Below, one piece after another: positions 1-13,240 of a stretch of DNA of 64,000 bases. The position numbers and the translations under genes were made by a program. The stretch lies in the NCBI GenBank assembly GCA_010909165.1, contig VJWM01000310.1, positions 1 to 64,000 of the forward strand. The letters are read 5' to 3'. Within the stretch, counting starts at the first letter, position 1. Each line of letters begins with the position of its first letter. Below the pieces are notes generated by a model, which was given only the letters and a program-made list of their open reading frames with translations, had not been told where the DNA came from and made no database searches. Source of the stretch: Anthoceros angustus. Its lineage: Eukaryota > Plantae > Anthocerotophyta.

Positions 1-2335
1 AAGAAAGTATTAAATAATCATTTGAATTAATTTGATTATTTTAGTTATTTATTTAATAATTATCATATAACTATCTTCTATTTTTATAGATAAGTCATTT
101 TTCTGATTAAATTTACATGAATATTTATGGGTTTTTCAAAACAATTGGTTTTGTTGAAAATATACACCAAAATAGGACAAAGCCCTCCAAAGAGACCTTC
201 ACATGTGAGGAATACTGACCTCCAGGCACAAGTGGACAATGTTGAATAAGAACACCTACACACGAACCTAAACACCGACTACCTCCGAACTCCCAATCCA
301 CTCAAAGCTTGAGACTCATAACGGTAAACCTCAAACGACACCATCCAACCAGCCAAGCCCGATAACATGGCCAATGTAGGATCAAAAAGCTCCAAATCAT
401 ACACGATACATGAGCCGCCTAACCGCCTTGAATGTGCTTGGATGAGGATGACACGATTCACCTCACCAAAGCACATTGATAAGAGCGCTCCCAAAATCCC
501 AAGAAGAAGAAACCAGCCTATTGTCACTAAACCACTTTAAAACTCTTAAGAATTGGACCCCAAAGAACGAAGAAACCAGCCTATTGTCGCTAAACCACTT
601 TAAAACTCTTAAGAATTGGACCTCAAGAACGTAAGAAATCAACCTATCCTCAATAAATCACTCTAAAACTCTTAAGAATTGGACCCCGACGACGAAAAAA
701 CCTGTCAATAAACCACTTTAAAACTCTAAAGAATTAGACTTAATGTTTTTGTGTGACTGGCGATGGATGAGATCACGGACCTTGTCAAGACTCGGAGCCT
801 AAAGTTCAACATCGCAACAATAGTGTGGGATGAGGAAGACCCAAAGAATAAGCCGATTGAAGACTTGGATCTAATGATCAAGCACAAACACGAGGGTATA
901 CACTTTGGTGTTGACAAGCCCCATGGGAACTACTATTGGGACTATTTCTGGAATTTTTATTCAAGTCGAGGCAGCAAGTTCCTCCTCCTGAAGTCTGAAA
1001 ACCTCTAAGGACTCCTAGTAGAGAGCATTTCATTTCCCAAGAAGCAACCTTCTAAATCAAGAGATCGGATTTGTGTGCCGCTTGTTAGGAGTGAAGGAAA
1101 GCTTAGCGAATGATGAGTCGATGACAAGCCACTTAGGTTAGGACATCAAGCCTTTTGCACTTGAATGTGGTGAGGTCAGGTGCCACTTTGTTAGATATAC
1201 CTATGCACATGTGTAACATATAGTTATAGGCTGTTAGTATGGGAACACATACACACGGGCAGCAAATGTATGAGCTCTTTCTCACTATCATTCGTCAAAG
1301 GATTCCACCAACCGCTTTGCCTCAAGCTTGAGGGCTTTATGTGATGCCGTTCCTGATCTCGCTTTGTGTCACGACCGGTGGTAATCCACTACCGCAAGGG
1401 CTGCAAGAGAACTGCAAGTTGGCTCTTCCTAACCCCATGAGACCAGGAAAACGATATATTGGTCGAATCGCACAACCTAGGGCCTTAATAGGCTTACCCT
1501 GCTCACACCATGTGAGACTTTCAAGACGTTTTACACTCTCAATTCATACACATTTCAATTTTTCCCCATCACTGTGGCATACCCAAGGGCCATATGGACA
1601 TGCATTCACGTATGGTAGGGCCCCTAGACCATGGCGGAAACGCTGTACGCCTGTAGCTAGGTCCTACACATGCATACAAGTCACATATCGCTCTTTAGTG
1701 ATGTAGAGGCGCAAGTCCGAGCAGCTGTGCACGGTGGAGAGCTCCTCCAGCGCTATCGCCACCATGCTTAAACAAAAGACACTTTCAAAACGAGCCCGTA
1801 GGAAGAAATGCCACCATTTCTTAAGCCAAATAGACAACATTTATAAGAGCTGGTTACTAAGCATCTTGTGCTTGATCGATACTTAGATGGGGTGTCTAGA
1901 GGGTGGATACCCTTGGTGCGAATAGCTGAGGCACACTATAGTACAAGTTGTTAAGAACCAAGTCCTATTATAGGAAAATTCAATCAAGTGGACTATAAGA
2001 CAAAGAGCTAGGTAAAGATTTAGAATCACCCACCTTAGTAGAAAAGGGACCCACACTCATCCATGCCTCTCATCATCACTAACCACATCATTTATATGGA
2101 AAATGCTCGATGTGTGAGAATCACATTCCTCATTTATTTCGTAAATAATGTCAATCCCATTTATTGTTGCAATCATTTCATTCCGCATTTCATTGAGGAT
2201 TTCATCTAGTCTTGTGCATTGTAAGAAGCTCATCCGTGTTTATCTCATCATCATGAAGATTTTATTATTATAATCTAATTATATGATGTTTAAATTAGTT
2301 TATTATTAAAATATAATAAAATATAAAATAAGGAG

Positions 2336-2736
2336 ATGAATATTTAGTATCCGTGCGAATAGACATAACGATTTTCATAGCGACTATAACGACTTAACTT
2401 ACTTAATGAGAAACTCTATTGAGAGAGTAGAGATAGAGAGGATCTACATATGTTTATCAAAATGAAGAAGTCATGATTGTAACCTGCAGCTTGCCTTGAT
2501 AAACTTGAGGTGGGCCAAGAGATTACTAAAATAAACATATGTGCTCATTTGTATCACAAAAATGTTTGATCCATGGTTGCATATGTGTGGCGTGGCGTAC
2601 ATGCCCACTATGTAGACGTGAAGTATACTTTAGAGAAGAGAATACAAATAGTGGTTTATCATCTCAAGACCCGGTTTACCCTGGTTTTCACCTAACCTCA
2701 TGCCCGCCTCATGGCCTTGTTACGCCCATGTATTAG
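2336..2736 (+). CDS. RING-H2 finger protein, paralog A (representative copy; frameshifted in assembly)
   Basis: Stitched across copies: CxxCLDKLEVGQEITKINICAHLYHKKC..PWLHMC..RTCPLCRREVYFREENTNSG, a C3H2C3 RING-H2 pattern with conserved Trp. Other copies start near 6210/13243 (split by the insertion), 17149, 21551, 26322, 30286 and 34222. Confidence 0.8.
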
Positions 2737-3250
2737 CATCCTTGGCTATAATCGGTTGTCATGCACAACATTAGTTGTAGTTTTGTTAGGATTTAGGATT
2801 ATCGTTGTTTTCTTTTCCACAAAAATCATTCAATTTTTTTAACAATATGCTTTTCAAAAGAATATCCGCCTTTAAATCTCTATGTGAGATGTACGTGTTC
2901 TTCAAACATATCTTCGAAAGAGTTCATGGGCTAGAAATCCAAGGACAAAATAAAAAAAAATGACACATGGGCCAAATCAAGTACAAAATAAAAACCAAAC
3001 ATGATCGAAATCCAAGGACAAAATAGAAAATGACTAAATAAACAAAAGTAGGTCAAAGTTTAGATGTACAAAATCCAAGGTCATTATCAAAATGATGGCC
3101 TATATATAAGGTATATACTTCTTTCACATACTTTAGAAAAGAGGGTATTTTCATAACCTTTGAAGAGGTTTTTCTCATAACATTTACTATTCTTCGTGCA
3201 TTACTATTATACTAGCCTACATAACATCTCAGAATATTGCGTTAGAAATC

Positions 3251-3883
3251 ATGAACACGCCTTCAATTTACAATGTATCTACAAATGTTTATCAAAATGA
3301 AGAAGCCGATGATCTCGAGTGACTTGTCTTTGCCTTGATAGTCTTGAGGTGGGCCGAGATTACTAAAATAAATATATGTGCTCATTTGTATCATAAAAAT
3401 GTTTAGATCCATGGTTACATATGTGCGGGCTGCCCATTATGTAGACGTGAAATACACTTTAGAGAAGAGATTACAAAAAGGTTTACCATCTCAAGACGAA
3501 AGTCACCTTCCATCAATTTCGAATGACCTCATTTCCATCCAAGAGGACATTCAAATGATAAGAGATATTGTGAGTGGGAGTAGAGATGGATATAATGTCG
3601 TGCGATTGAACAAATCTTTGACAAGATGGAAAAATGCAATCCAAAGTAACGACGAAGATGAAAGGCTTTTCTTGTATGTTGAATTGCAATGGTGTCTTGC
3701 TATATGAACGAGGCATCCAGATCAAGTAGCTTTGGCACTATCCTATGGTGGATAGGGCCATCCCATCTAGTGAGTACACACACCTATTATAGATGGAGCC
3801 ACCCTTTCCAACGAGTACACCTAGATGATTTAGATCATCTCATTTATATTGAGAAGAAAGTATTAAATAATCATTTGAATTAA
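3251..3883 (+). CDS. RING-H2 finger protein, paralog B (~210 aa; representative copy; frameshifted in assembly)
   Basis: MNTSSIYNVSTNVYQNEEADD-EVTC..CLDSLEVGQEITKINICAHLYHKKCLDPWLH..RTCPLCRREIHF, then a unique C-terminus ...ERLFLYVELQWCLAIYEQ...VHLDDLDHLIYIEKKVLNNHLN*. Other copies start at 14145, 18477, 23327, 27239, 31207 and 35145. Confidence 0.82.
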
Positions 3884-6479
3884 TTTGATTATTTTAGTTA
3901 TTTATTTAATAATTATCATATAACTATCTTCTATTTTTGTATAGATAAGTCATTTTTCTGATTAAATTTACATGAATATTTATGGGTTTTCAAAACAATT
4001 CTGGTTTTGTTGAAAATATACACAAAATAGGACAAGCCCTCCAAAGAGACCTTCACATGTGAGACCGAATACACCTCCAGCACAAGTGGACAATGTTGAA
4101 TAAGAACACCTACACACGAACCTAAACACCGACCTCCGAACTCCCAATCCACTCAAAGCTTGAGACTCATAACGGTAAACCTCAAACGACACCATCCAAG
4201 CCAAGCACATGGCCAATGTAGGATCAAAAGCTCCAAATCATACACGATACATGAGCCGCCACCTAATTTGGAATGCTTGGATGAGGATGACACGATTCAC
4301 CTCACCAAAGCACATTGATAAGAGCTCCCAAAATCCAAAGAACGAAGAAACCAGCCTATTGTCACTAAACCACTTTAAAACTCTTAAGAATTGGACCCCA
4401 AAGAACGAAGAAACCTATTGTCTAAACCACTTTAAAACTCTTAAGAATTGGACCTCAAGAACGAAATCAACCTATCCTCAATAAATCACTCTAAAACTCT
4501 TAAGAATTGGACCCCGACGACGTAAGAAACCAGCCTATGGTCAATAAACCACTTTAAAACTCTAAAGAATTAGATGTGCAATGTTTTTGTGGGCGAACTT
4601 TTCAGGCGGATGGATATCACGGACCTTGTTAGAAGACTCGAGCCTAAGAAGTTCAACATCGCAACAATAGTGTGGGATGAGGAAGACCCAAAGAATAATT
4701 GCCCGACTGCTTGGAAGACTTGGATCTAATGATCAAGCACAAACATGAGGGTATACACTTTGGTGTTGACAAGCCCCATGGGAACTACTATTGGGACTAT
4801 TTCTGAATTTTTATTCCATGAAGTCGAGGCAGCAAGTTCCTCCTCCTGTCGAAAACCTCTAAGGACTCCTTAGTAGAGAGCATTTCATTTCCCAAGAAGC
4901 AACCTTCTAAATCAAGAGATGGATTTGTGTGCCGGCTTGTTAGGCAAACAGGGGCCGTGAAGGAAAGCTTAGCGAATGATGAGTCGATGACAAGCCTTAG
5001 GTTAGGACATCAAGCCTTTTGCACTTGAATGTGGTGAGGTCCCGAGGTGCCACTTTGTTAGATATACCTATGCATGTGTAACATATAGTTATAGGCAATA
5101 ATTAGTATGGGAACACATACACACGGGCGCAAATGTATGAGCTCTTTCTCACTATCATTCGTCAAAGGATTCCACCAACCAGTTTGCCTCAAGCTTGAGG
5201 GCTTTATGTGATGCCATTCCTGGCAATGTTTCGCTTTGTGTCACGACACGGTGGTAATCCACTACACAAGGGCTGCAAGAAGGCAAGTTGGCTCTTCCTA
5301 ACCCCATGAGACCAGGAAAGCGATATATTGGTCGAATCGCAACCTAGGGCCTTAATAGGCTTACCTACAGGCTCACACCATGTGAGACTTTCAAGACGCT
5401 TTTACACTCAATTCATACACATTTCAATTTTTCCCCATCACTCGTAGTGGCATACTCGAAGGGCCATATGGACATGCATTCACGTATGGTAGGGCCCCTA
5501 GACCATGGCGGAAAGCGTCGACGCCGTAGCTAGGTCCTACACACAGACACGTCACATATCGCCTTTAGTGATGTAGAGGCGCAAGTCCAGCTGTTGGCAC
5601 GGTGGAGAGCTCCCTCCAGGCTCGCCACCATGCTTAAACAAAAGACACTTTCAAAACGAGCCCGTAGGAAGAAATGCCACCATTTCTTAAGCCAAATAGA
5701 CAACATTTATAAGAACGTGGTTACTAAGCATCTTGTGCTCGATCGATACTTAGATGGGGTGTCTAGAGGGTGGATACCCTTGGTGCGAATAGCTGAGGCA
5801 CACTATAGTACAAGTTGTTAAGAACCAAGTCCTATTATAGGAAAATTCAATCAAGTGGACTATAATAGACAAAGAGCTAGGTAAGATTTAGAATCACCCA
5901 CCTTAGTAGAAAAAGGGACCCACACTCATCCATGCCCTCTCATCATCACTAACCACATCATTTGTATGAAAATGCTCGATTATGTGTGTGAATCACATTC
6001 CTCAGCGATTTATTTCGATAATGTCAATCCCATTTATTGTTGCAATCATTTCATTCCGCATTTCATTGAGGATTTCATCTAGTCTTGTGCAGATTGTAAG
6101 AAGCTCATCTGTTTATCTCATCATCATGAAGATTTTATTATTATAATCTAATTATATGATGTTTAAATTAGTTTATTATTAAAAATATAATAAAATATAA
6201 AATAAGGAGATGAATATTTAGTATCCGTGCAAAGAGATGATTTATTGAGGTGAAAGAGCGATGGAAAGAGACCATCTAGGAAGGGACAACAAATGGGGAC
6301 CCGGGGTCGGAGTGAAGAGGAGCAGCTCCCTACCTAAAGTGACCAATGCACCACAATGTCATATGCGGTAGAATAAACGGCTGCAAACCACGGAGGAAGA
6401 GGAAAGGCATCACCCGTCGCCGTGGAGAATCTTGAGGCCGTGAAGAATAGAAACCAGGAGTATGTCTGAGAGGACAACA

Positions 6480-9277
6480 CTATGCTGCGCGCATGGTAAG
6501 CTTTGGCACAAGACTTGATGAATTTGTCAAAGTCCTCATTGCCCCATCGTTTAGAGCAAGCGGGATAAAGAGGTGGCCCGCTTGCATCCTGCTATACTTG
6601 CGGACCTTGAGCGGCGCAGGCCTGACCCGGCTGGGCGGTTGGTGATGACTGGCGGAGGTGGCGTCACGCGTGCGGTCGTAACCACTACATCCGCCACCAC
6701 AACAGTCGCCACGGACAAGGTATAAGTCATACGATTGAGCGACTGTAGAAGAGTATACTCCTCCTCCAGCCATATAGCCACTTTCGCGAGCAATGGCAAA
6801 CATGGCGTCACGGATGGCGTCATGAGTGGCAATGCGATGACCCCGTGGGGACAACGAGCAAGGTGGACACGAGGCGTCAAGGCGAGCCGCACTCACAAGT
6901 GAGGCGAAGAAGCCACAGTGAGTAGGCCGACGGAATCGCATCGCGATAGTGAAGGTGGTTGGTGCGATGTGAAATCCCGTATGCATGGGCGGTAGCCAAG
7001 CACACACTCCTTCCAGAACAAGAGCCGCGCTCTAGTGGACTGGAGATGGAGGGTCTGGAGGATGACTGGCCGAGCCGCTTCTCGGCGAGATGCACGCAAT
7101 CCCTAAAGCCATCGGGATAAATGTAGAAAGGAGGAAGTCCTTAGAGCATCTGCGATAACATGTCTCGGCACGCCTCAAGGGCGATTGGAGAGAAGGTTCC
7201 CTCCTCCACACTTGATACGAGATCCTCGAGAAAGGGCTTGTCATGGAGGATGAAGCAGGAAGCCAAGCGGCGAGAGGGCCCAACTCCCAAGCGGAAGAGA
7301 CCTCGATGAGAGCAGTCCTCGCCTCCAAATTGCACGAGGGGATGCTTGCCGGCGGGCAGTCGCCCAGGCACTCAAAAGCCCCAGGCCCAAGATGTCCCCA
7401 AGTATCCATAATCTTAGATCAAACCCGGGCGGACAAAAGGACGAGGCGGAGGCGTCTGAATGAGGTACCAGGCGCCTAGCAAAGCGAAGGAAAGGATTCC
7501 AAAGGCCACAGGCATCCTCCCAAAGGAGGTCTTCAATATGGGAAGGTCCTGCAAGGGCCTTGTCCAGAAGCTCCCAATGAAGTCGGAGACCAAAGGGGAC
7601 CCCAAGAATCCATGAGACCAAGAGCAATCTCCCAGTGAGAGTAGGCGGGATCCCAGCGGAGACAGGCACTTGGACATCTTGACCAAGCCCTGTGGCTCGG
7701 AGAATATCTCAAAGGCCTCCTTGACTTTGTCCCGGGCGAGGATGTGAGAATCGTGCAGAAGGGAAGACGTCAGCGGAGGCGGCCCTAGGAGCCCTATAGT
7801 GAGCAATAGCGAAGAGCACCGCCTAGCGGGTCGCCTTGCAGTACATGGATTCAAGGCGGAGGCGAAACGAAGAGACGTTCTTGTCTTTGGTAGTAGAGGT
7901 TGGAGGACCTCCGTAGAAGCACCGGACAAGGTATAAGACTCCCTAGGGGCCGCCACATCCTAAGCTCCTCAAAGATGGCCTCCGAAATGGTATTGAAGGC
8001 GTTCTCGACATCCACACGTAAGACTACCCAATCCGGGTGGGTATCAAGGCAAGCTTTCACCCTAGCACCCACGGACTCGGCCCCGAATTGCAATGCCAAA
8101 TTGAAGGGGTTGAAGTCTCTTTGGAGAAGGGAGCGGCACGCTGCGGGCGATAGTGGTGAGTAGCCGCATGAAGGCCTCCCAACAGTGGGCGCCCGAGCGA
8201 GCTTGTCCATAGCGACAAGCCTACTAGGCAGAATAAATTTGAAATCCGGTGAGGCATCTCTCCACGAGCCACCGCGGCGCAGAGAAAGAGCTGGAAAGCC
8301 GCTAGATGGATCTTGAGGAGAAGAGGTCCCTAAGGTGTTCGAACACCATTCAAACAAACCGGCGGATGAAAGGCGAGGGTTGTGGAGAGCGAGCAAAAGC
8401 CGCCGGTCAGAGAAGGATCCTCGGGACATAGTCGGATATGTCGGGAATGGCATCCCAGGTGGCGGATGGAGGCACGGAGGCAGCAATTGTCTCTTGAGCC
8501 AGGCGGAGGCGGGTCGAAGAGCCCTAGCGGGAGCATATTCACCACTTTGGCCAAGCAACTTCGCGTAGGTTTGTTGCATTACTGTTCAAGCTTGGTTCGC
8601 CGGGACTTGGCGACGCACGACCTCCTCACGAAGCCGCCCGTCGCCAGCGCGAGGCGGCTAGCAACTTCACGGTGCCCGGCTCCCCTAGTGCAGAAGACAC
8701 CATCGGGGAGAAGAAGGAGACACCAAGCTAACTCATCCGGATCGAGTGCAAGGCGATCTAGGGAAGGCAATGCGACGGGCATCGCCATCTGCGAGCTGCG
8801 GAAGATCGGACATGGAAGCGGGTTTGAACATCCCAAGGATGTGATCCGGTGACTCCGCAACCATTCCGGGAAGAAAGAGGCACCACAAGGAGAAAGCTCA
8901 TGCGCCAAAGCGGGCGCGGCGGACGTGGAGGAGGTCGCGGCGTGCACTTGGCAGCCCGGGTAGTCTGGTGAAATCTTTATGCATGTGCAGGTGAGTTTCA
9001 CCCCTTGGCCGGATGAGTTGAGCCTGGACAAGGAGTGTCCTTGGCGATCCGGAGGGTGTGGATCGCCCCATTGGATGGGGGCGAAAGGGCAGCGCCCGGT
9101 TGAAGTATGAGGCGAAGAATGGACCGAGGCAAAATATGACTGGACGGACATCTGAGTTGAGCTCCGTATGGCGAACCCCAAAAGGCCGGCCAAAGGCTGA
9201 CCAGAGGGTGCAACCCCAGGACCGCCAACCACCAAACTAACGCACACACTCCACCCAAAGCGGGCGGAGATCCCCAC
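6480..9277 (-). pseudogene. Non-LTR retrotransposon polyprotein: Zn-finger-like N-terminus, reverse transcriptase, CCHC-like/PD-(D/E)xK restriction-like endonuclease (frameshifted)
   Basis: RT motifs SSAGLFEW, RLVAMDK, LQFG, DWVVLRVDVENAFNTIS, QGDPLGG and DDSHI. Endonuclease region GHRIATHDAIRDAMFAIARESGY...DLYL...DVVVT...KVRKY...HLFIPLA. No APE domain is visible. Confidence 0.88.
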
Positions 9278-9384
9278 AGAGGAAAAAGCCAGCAGCGAGA
9301 TAAGCGACAGCTGTAGATGAAAATGGACTCACGAACATGTAATAGAGCTCACAACAATCACACAATCAAGAACCATCAATCAAT

Positions 9385-9560
9385 CGCAAACATCTAGGGC
9401 TAACAGCAGCCGCCTAGGGCATAGCACTTTCGATCGCAACATCTAGCATAACACCTAGACTGCATCATCCGCAACATCTAGGGCATAACACGAACGCAAC
9501 ATCTAGGGCCCGGCATCGGCCGCAACACCTAGGGCATAACACTCAAACATCTAGGGCCTA
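9385..9560. repeat. ~25 bp tandem repeat in the retroelement 5' region
   Basis: About 7 degenerate copies of gcaacatctagggcataacac, mirrored at 10925-11112 (gttatgccctaggtgttgcg). Confidence 0.85.
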
Positions 9561-10084
9561 GCCCTCCAAGTAGCCAATATATAAAGATTAACTGCACATG
9601 TAGCTGCGTACTTACACTCAAAGCGCCAATATAATAAACTTGTAATTGGATAACATCCCTTATCTTCACCTCGATTCGAATGTGAAAATATCTTCCCAAC
9701 CATTGGCTCATTCCATATAGCTTAAGGCGCATGTCACCCAAGATGTACCATGCCTTGTCAATCTTCACTTTATCCTCAAAGGTTCTATGCCTTACGGATC
9801 TTCAATTTATCTAGCGTCGGCACATATTCCCGAGGGTTTCAACCCCTAGTTCTTGTCAACACACATCACAGCTCCAGTCTTTAAATAATAAGTTCATATG
9901 CTCCCTTGATATATAAGGCTTAACATCTTGAGGATAGGCCTAGCCAAGATCATTGCCCTCGATGACATAGAAGCTTTGTGATGGATATATTATATTTGAA
10001 TATAGTGGAGCTCACATACATCAAGATTGAATATATAGATGTGGCGAAGAGGCACTCGACAAACCACTCCCAAGATAGGTACTA

Positions 10085-10380
10085 CAGGAAGGAACACAAC
10101 TCTCCACGAGGAAGGCACCACCACTCTCCCGGAAGGAACACCACACTCTCCACGGAAGGCACTACCACTCTCGGGAAGGACATCTATCTCACGGATCACA
10201 AAGATTTTCTGATCTTTGAAGATCTTGGGAAGATCATTTAGAAGATCCAACTGATACTCTAAGAGTGGTGGTGCTTTCACAAGATAGATGTTCCTTCATA
10301 GTGGTAGTGTTCCTTCGTGGAGTGGTGGTGTTCCTTCTGTGGAGTGGTGGTGCTCCTTCACAGGAGAGTTGTGTTCCTTC
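10085..10380. repeat. ~21 bp tandem repeats flanking the palindrome centre
   Basis: About 5 copies of ggaagg(a)acaccaccactctccac at 10085-10190 and their reverse complements at 10263-10380, separated by a unique ~70 bp spacer. Confidence 0.85.
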
Positions 10381-11243
10381 ACGTAGTACCTATCTTGGGA
10401 GTGGTTTCTTTGGCGGTGCTCTGCTCGCGTATCTATATATTCAATCTTGATGTATGTGAGCTCCACTATATTCAAATATATATATCCATCACAAAGCTTC
10501 TATGCTATGTCATAGGGCAATGATCTTGGCTAGGGCTCCTTTATCCTCAAGATGTTAAGCCTTATATATCAAGGAGCATATGAACTTATTATTTAAAGGC
10601 GGAGCCGAGATCTTGTGTTGGCGAACTAGGGGTTGAAACCCTCGGTGGAATATGTGTGCCGTCGTTGGCGGATAAATTGAAGATCGAAGGCATAGAACCT
10701 TTTGAGGATAAAGTGAAGATTGACAAGGCATGGTACATCTTGGGTGACATGCGGTTCTTAAGCTATATGGAATGAGCCAATGGTTGGGAAGATATTTTCA
10801 CATTCGAATCGAGGTGAAGATAAGGATGTTATCAATTACAAGCTCATTATATTGGCGCTTTGAGTGCGGGTGCTACGTGATTACATGTCGAGGAGTTAAT
10901 CTTTTATATATTGGCTACTTGGAGGCTAGGCCCTAGATATTCGGTGAGTGTTATGCCCTAGGTGTTGCGGGCGTCTGGGCCCTAGATGTTGCGGTTGATG
11001 TTATGCCCTAGATGTTGAGTGTTATGCCCTAGGTGTTGCGGTGAATGCTAGGCCCTAGATATTGTTGAGTGCTATGCCCTAGGTGTTGCGCTGCTAGGCC
11101 CTAGATGTTTGCGATTGATTGATGGTTCGGTTGATTGTGTGATTGTTGTGAGCTCTATTACATGATTGAGTCCATCTGATTCTTTGCTTATACGCTTTTC
11201 GGTTGGGCTTCTTTCTACGGGGATCTCCCTTGGCTTTTGAGTC

Positions 11244-13240
11244 TTGATTCTGGTGTGGGCGTTAGTTTGGTGGTTGGCGGTGGTCACATGGGTTGCACCC
11301 CTCTTGGTGAGGCCCTTTGGCGGCCTTTTGGGGTTCGCCATGCAGACTCAAACTCTGTATGTCAGTCAGGTCATTGCCCTCGGTCCGGTACCTCTTGACC
11401 TGTTACCCTTCAGCTGGCAGGCCTTTTCCGTCCCCATCCAATGGGCGATCCACACCCTCAAGGACACTCCTTGTCGATCATGCTCAACTCTCTGCGGCGT
11501 CAAGGGGTGAAAACTCACCTCGGGCACATGCATAAAGATTTCGACCACTACAGGCTGCCCAAGTGCACTGCGACCTCCTCACGTCCGTGCCCGGCTTTGG
11601 CGCCGATAGCTTTCTCCTTGTGGTGCCTCTTTCTTCAGGAATGGTTGCGGTCTGGATCACATCCTTGGGATGTTGAAACCGCTTTCCATGTCGCGTATCT
11701 TCCGGGCTTCCTCGGCACCTTCACGATGATGCCGTCGGCATTTCGTCTTCCCTAGATCGCCGATCCGGGATGAGTTAGCTTGGTGTCTCCTCCTTCTTCT
11801 CCCCGATGGTGTCTTGATTGCACTAGGAGCTTCAGGCAGTGAAGTTGCTAGCCGTCTTGATTTTGGTGTGGCGGCTCTTGAGGAGGCGCGTCTTTGCCAA
11901 GTCCGGAATCTCGGCCGGTTGGAGCAGTGCGGGTAATGCAACAAACCTCGCCGCAAGTTGCTTGGCGGTGGTGAATATGCCCATGCTGGGGCTCTTGACC
12001 GTCCCTTTGGCCTCGCTTGAAGAGACTGCCCTCGTGCCTCCATCCGCCACCTAAGGATGCCATTCCCGGACATATCCGACTATGTCGGATCCTTCTGGAC
12101 GGGCGGCTTTTGCTCGCTCTCACAACCTCGTCTTTCATCTGCGGTTTGTCGGGAATGGTGTTGAACACCTTAGGGACCTCTTTCTCCCGAAGATCCATCT
12201 AGCGGCTTTCGAGCTCTTTTCTCTGGCTGCGGTGGCTCGTGGAGAGATGCCTCACGGTTGTATTCTTGCGGCTAGTAGCGCTATGGACAAGCGCCCACAC
12301 TTCGGCGTCGCCCACTCGCGGTTGGGAGGCCTTCATGCGGCTACTCGTCGCACTGCCCATTGCTCCCTTCTCCAGACACTTCAACCTTCAATTTGGCATT
12401 GCCACTCAGGCTGCGATGCATGGTGCTAGGGGTGGCTTGCCTTGATACCCGGATTGGGTAGTCTTACGGTGGATGTCGAGCGCCTTCAATACCATTTCGG
12501 GCGTCATCTTTGAGGAGCTTAGGGATCTTGGCGGCGTCTAAGTCTTATACCCTTTGTCCGGTGCTTCTGGAGGTCCTCCAACCTCTACTACCCGGCACAA
12601 AACGTCTCTTGAGTTTCCGTCTCCGTCTTGGAATCGGCCACGGTACCGAGCAAGGCGACCCGCTAGGCGGTGCTCTCTTGCTATTGCTCACTATAGGGCC
12701 TGGGGCCGCCCTCTCCCAGTGTTGTGTCTTCCCTTCGTTGGCGATTCTCACATCCTCGGGCACAGGGACAAAGTCAAGGAGGCCTTTGAGATATTCTCTT
12801 AGAGCTTTCGTTGGTGGGCTTGAAGGTCAAGATGTCCAAGTGCGCGTGGTCTCGTCGGGGATCACACCTACTCTGCGTTCTCTGGGAGATTGCTCCGGCT
12901 CTTGAGTGCAGTTCTTGGGGTCCCCTTTGGTTCCCCGACTTCATTGGGAGCTTCTGGACAAGGCCCTTGCACCTCTCCCATATTGAAGACCTCCCTTTCT
13001 TTGGAGGATGCTCGGTGGCCTTTGGAATCCTTTCATACATTTTTGCTAGGCACAGGTACCTCATCGTCTGTTGCCTCCGTCTCGGTCCTTTGTCCGGCTC
13101 GGGGTTTGATCTGAAGATTATGGATACTCTTGGGACATCTTGGGCTCGGGGCTTTTGAGTGCCACAGGCGGCAGAAGCAAGCATCCAACTGTGCAATTTG
13201 GGCGTGGGGCGCTCTCATAGTCTCTTATTTCTTGGGAGTT
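11244..13240 (+). pseudogene. Inverted, 3'-truncated second copy of the retrotransposon ORF (RT only, no endonuclease)
   Basis: KTHLGHMHKD, LQFG, GTEQGDPLGGAL, DSHILG, GLKVKMSKC and VLGVPFGS. It is the reverse complement of 7282-9277. Confidence 0.85.

Noticed and set aside
2262-6134. Array unit as a Helitron or rDNA/5S/snRNA repeat
   Set aside because: There is no TC...CTRR terminus with hairpin at the unit junction, no Rep/helicase motif, and no recognisable structural RNA sequence.
10925-11112. CRISPR-like appearance of the ~25 bp repeats (and of the 63 bp repeats)
   Set aside because: The repeats are directly adjacent with no unique spacers, there are no cas genes, and the context is eukaryotic.
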